Shown here: piece by piece, positions 56,919-64,000 of the stretch | How the letters are laid out: each line of letters starts with the position of its first letter | Numbering within the stretch: position 1 is the stretch's first letter | Program-made: the position numbers and the translations under genes | The notes under the pieces: generated by a model | The model's database searches: none | What the model saw: only the letters and a program-made list of their open reading frames with translations | Told to the model about the DNA's origin: nothing | Source: a virus | Lineage: Duplodnaviria > Caudoviricetes | Strand: one strand, 5' to 3' | Virus record (IMG/VR): IMGVR_UViG_3300020238_000002 | Span: 6,898 to 70,897 of that record | DNA: 64,000 nucleotides

Positions 56919-57161
56919 ATGCCGACATATAAATTTAAAAACAAAACAACTGGTGTTGAGTGGGAAAAGGAAATGAGAATTTCTGAATTAGACGATTACA
57001 AAAAAGAAAATAATTGTTCTATTGTAATTGGAGTACCTACTACAATATCAGGTCGTAAATCTTTATGGTCACAGACAGACGATGGTTTCAAAGATCGTAT
57101 GAAAGAGATTGAGAAAAATGCAGGAAAAATGGGTTTAAAACAAACCGACTACGATAGATAA
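56919..57161 (+). CDS. Small conserved T4-like protein (FmdB-like N-terminus)
   Basis: MPTYKFKN...DDGFKDRM. Confidence 0.65.
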   Translation: MPTYKFKNKTTGVEWEKEMRISELDDYKKENNCSIVIGVPTTISGRKSLWSQTDDGFKDRMKEIEKNAGKMGLKQTDYDR

Positions 57162-57808
57162 TGTTTAAACATGAACCCATTGATTTAGGTTATAACGACC
57201 TAACTACTACAAACAAAGGTGGTAGAAAATATCAAACACCGAATGGTGATTATCCTTCTATAACAACTATACTTGGTAACCTAAGTAAGAAAGCTATTAT
57301 GGAATGGAGAGAACGTGTAGGTGAAGAAGAAGCCAATCGTATATCTAGACAAGCTGCCGGTAGAGGTACTGCAGTTCACCAAGTCTGTGAAGATTATGTG
57401 AACAATAAACCTGATTATGACAAAGATTTAATGCCTAATATCTTGCATGACTTTAAGAGAATTAAGAATATATTAGACACAAGAATAGGTACAGTATACG
57501 GACAGGAATTGCCATTGTATTCTGATCATTTAGGAGTTGCAGGTCGAGTTGACTGTGTAGCAGAATTCGATGGTAAACTGTCTATTATAGACTATAAGAC
57601 AAGTCGTAAGACAAAGAAAAAGGAATGGATCCATTCTTATTTCATGCAAGAATGCTTTTATGCTATTGCATGGGAAGAGAGAACTGGTATTCCTATCACT
57701 CAATTAGTAACAATTATCTCTGTGGATGACGCAGAACCGCAAGTATTCATTGAACACCGTGATAACTGGGATAAGGAACTCGTGCAGGTCATACACCAGT
57801 ACACTTAA
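57161..57808 (+). CDS. PD-(D/E)xK exonuclease (Cas4/RecB-like)
   Basis: YPSITT, RGTAVH, AGRVDC, IIDYKTS. Confidence 0.88.
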   Translation: MFKHEPIDLGYNDLTTTNKGGRKYQTPNGDYPSITTILGNLSKKAIMEWRERVGEEEANRISRQAAGRGTAVHQVCEDYVNNKPDYDKDLMPNILHDFKRIKNILDTRIGTVYGQELPLYSDHLGVAGRVDCVAEFDGKLSIIDYKTSRKTKKKEWIHSYFMQECFYAIAWEERTGIPITQLVTIISVDDAEPQVFIEHRDNWDKELVQVIHQYT

Positions 57809-57809
57809 A

Positions 57810-57843
57810 CTGGCACACCAATTCGCCGCATCTGGACCAGTAA
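57810..57843 (+). repeat. Repeat family A 34-bp cassette, copy 3
   Basis: One mismatch versus copies 1 and 2; downstream TATAAT-type -10 box near 57872-57879. Confidence 0.9.
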
Positions 57844-57906
57844 CTTTTTACACAAGCCCTCGTTTTTATGATATAATATAACTATATTAAACAATAAGGA
57901 TAGACA

Positions 57907-58209
57907 ATGAAAGTAGGAAATAGATCAAAAATCGGTAATAGAGAACAAAGAATGCAAGCTCGTTTTGAGAAGTTAGTTTCTAGAGTTGGTGAACTTGAGA
58001 AAGAAAACGCTAGTCTTCAAAGTCAAGTTAATTCTAACAAAGAAGCCTTTGATTGGGCAAGAGTGAAAGCTCATGTGAATAAACTTGTTCTTCAGAATGA
58101 AGATCTTAAAAAATTCATTTTAGATAACGATTGTGCTAACGGTATCGATGTTAACGGTAACTTTACACGAGTCTTAACTCAAAACGGTTCAATCAACTTG
58201 CTTAAATAA
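57907..58209 (+). CDS. Hypothetical coiled-coil protein (likely early)
   Basis: Follows a cassette promoter; AAGGA RBS. Confidence 0.65.
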   Translation: MKVGNRSKIGNREQRMQARFEKLVSRVGELEKENASLQSQVNSNKEAFDWARVKAHVNKLVLQNEDLKKFILDNDCANGIDVNGNFTRVLTQNGSINLLK

Positions 58210-58210
58210 G

Positions 58211-58264
58211 CACACTATTTCTGTGACTATAAAGTTACACAAGCTATTCAAACTGTGATATAAT
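58211..58264 (+). repeat. Repeat family B promoter cassette, copy 2
   Basis: CACACTATTTCTGTGAC-N6-GTTACACAAGC followed by TGATATAAT. Confidence 0.8.
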
Positions 58265-58295
58265 ATTACTATATTAAATAATAAAGGAGTCAAAT

Positions 58296-58541
58296 ATGAC
58301 ATCAGCCGAAATACTAGAAAAATACGAATCACCTTCAAGCGAAGCTTCTTTCGCTAAAGGTATCCCAATGAAATATCTTAAACTTATGCAATCATCATTG
58401 CTATATTATGATAGCTTAGATGGTGTTAAAGGTTTTAGATGGGTGTTTAGAGGTAAGTCTAAGCCTGGTTTTAAAAGACCACAAGCTTGGTGCCCTAAAG
58501 CTCATGCAGATACTTTTGCAATTTACGAAAGGAGTTTATAA
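58296..58541 (+). CDS. Hypothetical protein (likely early)
   Basis: AAGGAG RBS. Confidence 0.65.
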   Translation: MTSAEILEKYESPSSEASFAKGIPMKYLKLMQSSLLYYDSLDGVKGFRWVFRGKSKPGFKRPQAWCPKAHADTFAIYERSL

Positions 58542-58832
58542 TGGGACGTTCAAAAGAACTACAAGATTTTATCGATGCTAACCCTGATAAGTTCAGGGTT
58601 GTATCACCAGAGGAGACTGCCAAGACTTTGCAAAAGCAAAGCGGCGGTTATTTTAAAGGACAATCAGTAATGGGTCCATCTAAGAAGAAAGGAAAATCAT
58701 CATGAATATAAAAGAGCATAACGAAAATATGGAATCAATTAGATCATCTTACGACAGCATTATGAAGAGTGGTTACTCTATCATGGGTTGTATGATTCTT
58801 TGGATTGGAATTGAAATTGGGATGATGCTATA

Positions 58833-59072
58833 ATGTGGGTTAAAGAATCAAAGCGTAAGACAATTGATAAGTTAGATGGTATTCGTTTACGATCAGCTAG
58901 ACTATGGTTAGACAAAGATGGTTTCCATCCTTTCCTAGATCAAGATGATCTAACTAAACCTGACTTACAAAAGTCTATGGGATGTGCATATGCCGATCTT
59001 CCAAAGGAAGCATGGGATACTATGGACAGATATGATGAAGCATTAGCCAAAGGGAGTATATATGCCACGTGA
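58833..59072 (+). CDS. Hypothetical protein
   Basis: ORF in tightly packed run. Confidence 0.55.
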   Translation: MWVKESKRKTIDKLDGIRLRSARLWLDKDGFHPFLDQDDLTKPDLQKSMGCAYADLPKEAWDTMDRYDEALAKGSIYAT

Positions 59073-59655
59073 AATAAAAGATAAAGTAATATTAACTGAC
59101 TGCGATGGAGTTCTATTAGATTGGGAATTTCACTTTTATCGCTGGTTAGAAAAGACTGAAGGTCTACACAGATTAAGTGATGACTACAACGTTGCAAAAG
59201 CAGTTGGTGTCACACAGAAAACTGGTTCAAGGTATGTTAACTTGTTTAACAGATCAGAAGAAATGAAAAGGCTATCACCACTTCGTGATGCTATTAAATA
59301 TGTCCGCAAGCTTCATGAGGAGCATGGATATATTTTCCATGTCATTACTTCTCAGACTAATTGCAAACTTGCACAAGAATATCGTAAAGAGAACTTGCGC
59401 AATGTATTTGGTGATGTGTTCGAAGGGTTTACTATTCTCAACACTGGTCAAGACAAAGATGAAGTCTTACTTAATGATTGGGGTGGATCAGAATGCTGGT
59501 GGATAGAAGACAAATCAGCGAACATTAAAATGGGTAACGATGCTGGACTAAACAGTATCCTTATCGATCATGCATGGAACAGAGACAATGAATATGTTTG
59601 TGCTCGTGCAAGAACTTGGAAAGACGTTTATAATATAATTGAAGGAGATTTATAA
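59062..59655 (+). CDS. HAD-family 5'-nucleotidase-like protein (T4 30.2-like)
   Basis: LTDCDGVLLDW, ITS, WIED. Confidence 0.8.
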   Translation: MPREIKDKVILTDCDGVLLDWEFHFYRWLEKTEGLHRLSDDYNVAKAVGVTQKTGSRYVNLFNRSEEMKRLSPLRDAIKYVRKLHEEHGYIFHVITSQTNCKLAQEYRKENLRNVFGDVFEGFTILNTGQDKDEVLLNDWGGSECWWIEDKSANIKMGNDAGLNSILIDHAWNRDNEYVCARARTWKDVYNIIEGDL

Positions 59656-59870
59656 TGGTAGTAACAGCTGAAAATAGAGAAGAATACTTCAGATCACAAA
59701 ATAAATTTTATGTAGCTGGTTGGGTAGCGAATGAACAATGTGAACTACCACAATCTTTACCTGAGTCTTGTAGGGATAACCCTGTTGTTGTCAAGCAATA
59801 TGAAGATTACATTGCTGGATATGGAGATTGCGTTGCGAATATCGAATGTTTAAGCGCTGAGATTGTATAA
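59655..59870 (+). CDS. Hypothetical protein
   Basis: AAGGAG RBS, TAATG coupling. Confidence 0.55.
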   Translation: MVVTAENREEYFRSQNKFYVAGWVANEQCELPQSLPESCRDNPVVVKQYEDYIAGYGDCVANIECLSAEIV

Positions 59871-60082
59871 ATAAGCCTATATCACATAGGATAATTAAAT
59901 GTCGACGACACAATTGTTTGAGGCGCTTGAAGATAACGTCAAGCGTATGGGTATGATGGGACAGTGGTATCAAAGGTATGACATATCTGAAGCTGCTGAA
60001 AAATCAAGAAGAATTATTGATGAATTAAAGAAGGAATTGGACCCACCGTGTGGTATGAGTAGAAAATGAATGGGAGGTAACC

Positions 60083-60391
60083 ATGGCGTTACTGGAAGAT
60101 ATAGTTAATTTTTGTAAGAAAGAATTGAGTATACCTCAAGAGATTTTAGTATCTGTAGAGGTTGAAGATATATCAGAAGATAATGTTAAAGGTTGGACCA
60201 CTGATTCTGCAGAAGATGATGAGTACGATATTGAGATTGATACAGGTCTTAGTTTCAAAGAAACTATCTTAACTTTGTGCCACGAGATGGTACATGTCCA
60301 ACAACTTCACGAAAATCGTGAGCTTGATGAAAATGAAGCTTATGAAAAAGAGAGTACGTTGTATAAAAAATATATAAATAACTCTCAGTAG
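60083..60391 (+). CDS. HEXXH metallopeptidase-like (SprT-like) protein
   Basis: TLCHEMVHVQQ...ENEAY. Confidence 0.7.
   Translation: MALLEDIVNFCKKELSIPQEILVSVEVEDISEDNVKGWTTDSAEDDEYDIEIDTGLSFKETILTLCHEMVHVQQLHENRELDENEAYEKESTLYKKYINNSQ
60373..60380 (+). promoter_or_regulatory. Late promoter TATAAATA upstream of porin-like gene
   Basis: Exact match. Confidence 0.6.
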
Positions 60392-60442
60392 TTAGTCCCT
60401 ACTCAAAAAAGGATATTTTTGTTTAAATAAAAAGGAAAGTAT

Positions 60443-61201
60443 ATGTTTAAAAAACTACTAGTCGCGACGGCGGCAATGGCAGTATCCGCAACTACGTTTG
60501 CTGGTATTAGTCTTTCGGGTTTGTATGAGGGTACGCTAGATTCACATGGCACATACTCTCAAGACATTCATACTACGATGAAGGGAACTGCAGGCGCGTC
60601 AAGCGTAACCGTTGTTCTTGATAAAGATTTCAGCGTAGATGACATGTGGGTAGAGAGCACAGCTGGTGTTCTTACTCTTAAAATTGGTGACTGGTCAGGA
60701 GATGATCCTGATGTAACAAAGATCGGTGTAAGCACTACACTAGGTGCATACACAGTTGGTCTTAGCCAAGTAAGTGGTGGTTCTACTGAGGTAGATGCAA
60801 GTGGAACAATTGGTGGTATTGCATTAGCAATGACTAACATCACAAATGAAGCAAGAGAAACTACTGCTTCAATTACATCTGGTGGTGTATCAGCTAAAGT
60901 GGTACACAATAAAGTCACAGCAGGACATAACGCTGAAGTTACAGTTGGTACAACTGTTGCTGGCTTAGGTCTTGAAGTAGTTCATGATAGAAATGCTGGA
61001 GCAACAAATGACAACGAAGTATCGGTCTCTCGTGCCATTGGTACTCTAGGTACTGTTAAAGGTACTTGGAACAAGACAGATGCAGCGACTCCTGTTACTA
61101 CAAAGACTGTCGAGTTAACTCGTGGTATTTGGACAGGTTCGTGGTCACAAGTTGATAGCGCAGACGCTACAGTTAAGCTTGAGGCAAAACTATCGTTCTA
61201 A
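60443..61201 (+). CDS. Outer-membrane beta-barrel (porin-like) protein
   Basis: Sec signal peptide, alternating beta-strand pattern, C-terminal KLEAKLSF with terminal Phe. Confidence 0.75.
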   Translation: MFKKLLVATAAMAVSATTFAGISLSGLYEGTLDSHGTYSQDIHTTMKGTAGASSVTVVLDKDFSVDDMWVESTAGVLTLKIGDWSGDDPDVTKIGVSTTLGAYTVGLSQVSGGSTEVDASGTIGGIALAMTNITNEARETTASITSGGVSAKVVHNKVTAGHNAEVTVGTTVAGLGLEVVHDRNAGATNDNEVSVSRAIGTLGTVKGTWNKTDAATPVTTKTVELTRGIWTGSWSQVDSADATVKLEAKLSF

Positions 61202-61227
61202 CTTAGATATGGTACTCTAAGTAACTC

Positions 61228-61259
61228 GGGGGACTTTCCTTATTAGGTCCCCCATCTTT
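61228..61259 (+). terminator. Terminator-like hairpin after porin
   Basis: GGGGGAC...GTCCCCC followed by ATCTTT. Confidence 0.6.
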
Positions 61260-61275
61260 AAATAATGGAGAAGTC

Positions 61276-61509
61276 ATGGAATATAACAATACAAAACTTA
61301 TGAGCGAATACTACAAAGATGATGGTAGTGTTGCAAAGATTTATCAAGTAGTAACAGGAATGGATGGAGAACATTCGTTCTTTTCAATAACATACAAAGA
61401 CCCAGCCGGTAATCGTATTATGCAAGAAGATTTTCCATACAAAGCATTACAATATGTGGAAGATGCTGCAGAAAACTGGACTAAGGGTATCAAATTATTA
61501 AAGGGTTAA
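61276..61509 (+). CDS. Hypothetical protein
   Basis: YVEDAAENW motif; GGAG RBS. Confidence 0.65.
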   Translation: MEYNNTKLMSEYYKDDGSVAKIYQVVTGMDGEHSFFSITYKDPAGNRIMQEDFPYKALQYVEDAAENWTKGIKLLKG

Positions 61510-61513
61510 AAAT

Positions 61514-61759
61514 ATGTCAGATTTCGATTTTGGTTTTACTCTTGTAGACGAAGATGAATTAGACGTTGCACAGAAACTAGAAACAACAAAAGCAGCAAGT
61601 ACATCAACACAAGATAAACTAGACAAATTATACAACGCAATCGGTCCGTTGTTAAACAACTTGAAGGCAAATCCTGAGAAGGAATATATCAAATGGCCTA
61701 ATCGAGTTGAGAAGGTAGAAGCCTTTGAAGATCATATTCAAAAAATTTATAAAGGCTAG
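61514..61759 (+). CDS. Conserved T4-like hypothetical protein
   Basis: FDFGFT, PLLNNLKANPEKEYIKWPNR. Confidence 0.7.
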   Translation: MSDFDFGFTLVDEDELDVAQKLETTKAASTSTQDKLDKLYNAIGPLLNNLKANPEKEYIKWPNRVEKVEAFEDHIQKIYKG

Positions 61760-61790
61760 TATGTACAAAGGTCTATATACATGTTATAAT
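61760..61790 (+). promoter_or_regulatory. TATGTAC-N18-TATAAT promoter
   Basis: Motif copy. Confidence 0.8.
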
Positions 61791-61821
61791 ATACCTAACA
61801 CAAACTAAATAGGATTACATT

Positions 61822-62208
61822 ATGGCAAAACGTAAGATGAGTGAAGAGCAACGTAAGGCAGCTGCGGCCAATCTGGCCAAAGCAAGAGCAGCAAAGAAAC
61901 CTGCTGCATACAAAAGTATCGCACCTAATGTTATTGCATTAGATGACGACCATGGGTTATCTCTAGTCAATGTAAAGAGATATATCAAAGCAACCACAGA
62001 AAAAATGGCAGCATTAAGACGTGGTGTTCAAACCGGTGAAAAAGGTGCACTTGCAAAATACGAATCAGCAAGAGTATATAAAAACCATTGCCAAACTTAT
62101 TTGAGAGAAGGTGTATGGTCACTTGATTTCTATGGTGAGAACGAAGAGAAACCTATTTATTGGTCTACGCTTGTTCCAGCTTATGACAAGGATGGAGTTC
62201 AAAAATGA
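61822..62208 (+). CDS. Conserved basic hypothetical protein
   Basis: MSEEQRKAAAANLAKARAAK; YLREGVW. Confidence 0.7.
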   Translation: MAKRKMSEEQRKAAAANLAKARAAKKPAAYKSIAPNVIALDDDHGLSLVNVKRYIKATTEKMAALRRGVQTGEKGALAKYESARVYKNHCQTYLREGVWSLDFYGENEEKPIYWSTLVPAYDKDGVQK

Positions 62209-62435
62209 GTGAGGATATAAACAAGAAAGCATTCTCAAACTTAGTTGAAACTTATGTCCGTACTCATAGAGGCTGTGCATACATGGATGCAGTGATTACC
62301 GTTTGTGAAGACAATGAGATTGATATTCGCGATAGTAAAAAACTGATCTCAAAGGAAATAGTAGAGCATATAGAGTATGAAGCAAAGAAACTCAATCTAC
62401 TACAAGGTGGGCATTCACCAGTTTTGCCTGTATGA
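62205..62435 (+). CDS. gp33: Late transcription co-activator (T4 gp33)
   Basis: FSNLVE, YMDAVI, CEDNEID, EAKKLNLL; synteny with gp59 and gp32. Confidence 0.88.
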   Translation: MSEDINKKAFSNLVETYVRTHRGCAYMDAVITVCEDNEIDIRDSKKLISKEIVEHIEYEAKKLNLLQGGHSPVLPV

Positions 62436-63010
62436 GAATGACAGGATATGAGGCCTTTACATTACATAACGCAATTAACCTCCACTTTAATGGATCTTAC
62501 GATTGCTTTAAGTATAATTTTAAAACTAATGTAACTGAAAAAACTTATTGGAAAAGGCCAGACAAATTTCAGTTAACAAAGATTGGTAAAAGGTTTAAGA
62601 GTAAAGATGATATTATTATGTACTTTGCTGCACATCAAGTAGCAGGTAATAAGTATAGTGGTGATATGATCAGAGACGAAGAGACTTATACCAAGTTCCT
62701 AAAGATTATAGATAGTATGTCTTATGTATTTAGGAATGAGTTAGAACAGATTTCAGATGTAAAGTTTGATGATCTATTGGAAATAGAAGATACATATCCA
62801 AGGATAATCCAGCTTCATCTCGAAGGCACAGTGTCGTTAGAGACTGTGTGTATAATAAACCGCTTGACTGGGTTTATTGATAGGGCGAACAAACAGATCA
62901 CAGAAACTATTCTATGGCCTGATTTGTTTAATAAGATATCGAAATATCAGGCTTTCTTAAAGTTTGATGACAATAAGTTTAAACGTATTATTGTTGATAT
63001 CTTTAAATAA
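62432..63010 (+). CDS. gp59: Helicase loader (T4 gp59)
   Basis: LHFNGSYDCFKYN, SLETVCI; synteny. Confidence 0.88.
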   Translation: MRMTGYEAFTLHNAINLHFNGSYDCFKYNFKTNVTEKTYWKRPDKFQLTKIGKRFKSKDDIIMYFAAHQVAGNKYSGDMIRDEETYTKFLKIIDSMSYVFRNELEQISDVKFDDLLEIEDTYPRIIQLHLEGTVSLETVCIINRLTGFIDRANKQITETILWPDLFNKISKYQAFLKFDDNKFKRIIVDIFK

Positions 63011-63012
63011 AG

Positions 63013-63042
63013 TATGTACTTTTGCAAAAAGTATGATATAAT
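63013..63042 (+). promoter_or_regulatory. TATGTAC-N17-TATAAT promoter upstream of gp32
   Basis: Motif copy. Confidence 0.8.
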
Positions 63043-63085
63043 ATAAACGATATAAATTAATATAAATTTTTAAAGGAGATGTACA

Positions 63086-63973
63086 ATGAGTTTTGCAGAC
63101 TTAAAGGCAAAGGCTAATGACATGAGCGCATTAGTGGGTGCGGCCGGAACAGGCACTCAAGAAAAGAAATCATATGGCGACGATCGTATGTGGAAACCCA
63201 CGGTAGATAAAGCAGGTAACGGATATGCTGTTATTCGTTTTCTACCAGCAGTTGAAGGTGATGACTTACCTTGGGCTAAATACTGGGATCACTTCTTCCA
63301 AGGACCAACTGGACAATGGTATGTTGAGAAATCACTGACTACTATTGGTAAGGACGATCCTGTGTCAGAGATGAATTCTAAACTTTGGAATACAGGTATT
63401 GAAGCTGACAAAGATCTTGCACGTAAGCGTAAGCGTAGACTACACTATGTGTCAAATATCTATGTTGTCTCAGATCCTGAGAATCCTGAAAACGAAGGTA
63501 AGGTATTTCTATATACCTATGGTGCTAAAATCTTTGAGAAGATTATGGATAGCATGCAACCTAAGTTTCAAGATGAAACACCAGTTAACCCATTTGATAT
63601 GTGGAAAGGTGCTAACTTTAAAATGAAGATCGCTAATGTTGCTGGTTACAGAAACTATGACAGATCTGAATTTGCTCCTGCTGAAGCATTAAATGCCGAT
63701 GACAATGTGCTCGAAGGTATTTACAATAAGCAGTATGCACTAAGTGAGTTTACTGATCCATCATCATTTAAATCTTACAGTGAGCTTAATCTTAAGCTAA
63801 CTCGTGTATTAGGTGAGGAAGTTAAAATGCCAGCAGTCGAAGATGATGCTCCATTTAATGATGCACCTGCAATGTCTGATCCTGTTGCGACAGCTGCTGA
63901 TCCAGTAGCCAGAGCTGATTCAGACAATGATGATACTATGAGTTATTTTGCTAAACTAGCAGCTGAAGCTTAA
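63086..63973 (+). CDS. gp32: Single-stranded DNA-binding protein (T4 gp32)
   Basis: DKAGNGYAVIRFLP, GANFKMKI, YRNYD, acidic tail, YFAKLA. Confidence 0.97.
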   Translation: MSFADLKAKANDMSALVGAAGTGTQEKKSYGDDRMWKPTVDKAGNGYAVIRFLPAVEGDDLPWAKYWDHFFQGPTGQWYVEKSLTTIGKDDPVSEMNSKLWNTGIEADKDLARKRKRRLHYVSNIYVVSDPENPENEGKVFLYTYGAKIFEKIMDSMQPKFQDETPVNPFDMWKGANFKMKIANVAGYRNYDRSEFAPAEALNADDNVLEGIYNKQYALSEFTDPSSFKSYSELNLKLTRVLGEEVKMPAVEDDAPFNDAPAMSDPVATAADPVARADSDNDDTMSYFAKLAAEA

Positions 63974-64000
63974 GAGTTAATCAGTTTGAGAAGGGGACGA

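Noticed and set aside
19492-57843. CRISPR array or mini-array from the 34-bp repeats
   Set aside because: The copies are 1.2 kb and 37 kb apart, have no spacer-sized intervals, and each precedes a promoter. The Cas4-like exonuclease at 57161 is a common T4-like gene.
179-61997. Numerous minus-strand and alternate-frame ORFs in the supplied track (e.g. 5198-5674, 16916-17302, 32415-32903, 40609-40959)
   Set aside because: They are shadows of well-supported plus-strand genes, with no RBS, motif or promoter support.

Overview
This window is 64 kb of an AT-rich T4-like myophage genome, probably marine and infecting a proteobacterium. Essentially all real genes are on the + strand. In order it carries: the structural block (3' end of gp17, gp18-gp23, gp3); uvsY/uvsW, gp55, gp47/46; a MoxR/VWA pair; gp45/44/62, regA, gp43; a DNA-modification cluster; uvsX, gp41; a late-promoter block of probable capsid-internal proteins; nrdA/nrdB/glutaredoxin, RNase H; and gp33, gp59, gp32. 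Auxiliary genes include glutamine synthetase II, ErpA, IscU, IscA, Hsp20, two UDP-sugar enzymes, two 2OG-Fe(II) oxygenases and a porin. Five observations stand out. (1) A T4 gp42-type dCMP hydroxymethylase is coupled to an aGPT-Pplase-like protein, a PLP enzyme and an SGNH-like protein. This is thymidine-hypermodification-type machinery apparently applied to 5hmC, a candidate new cytosine hypermodification pathway. (2) There is a circularly permuted two-piece tmRNA with tag GNQNDYLLAA. (3) A run of genes with T4 internal-protein-like capsid-targeting N-termini encodes kinase, ligase-like, nuclease-like and nucleotidyltransferase folds. (4) A 15-copy TATGTAC-N17/18-TATAAT promoter has one antisense copy facing a palindrome and G6 tract, a candidate R-loop origin. 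(5) Two families of 34-bp repeated promoter cassettes occur. All calls come from reading motifs and synteny by eye; no database searches were run.
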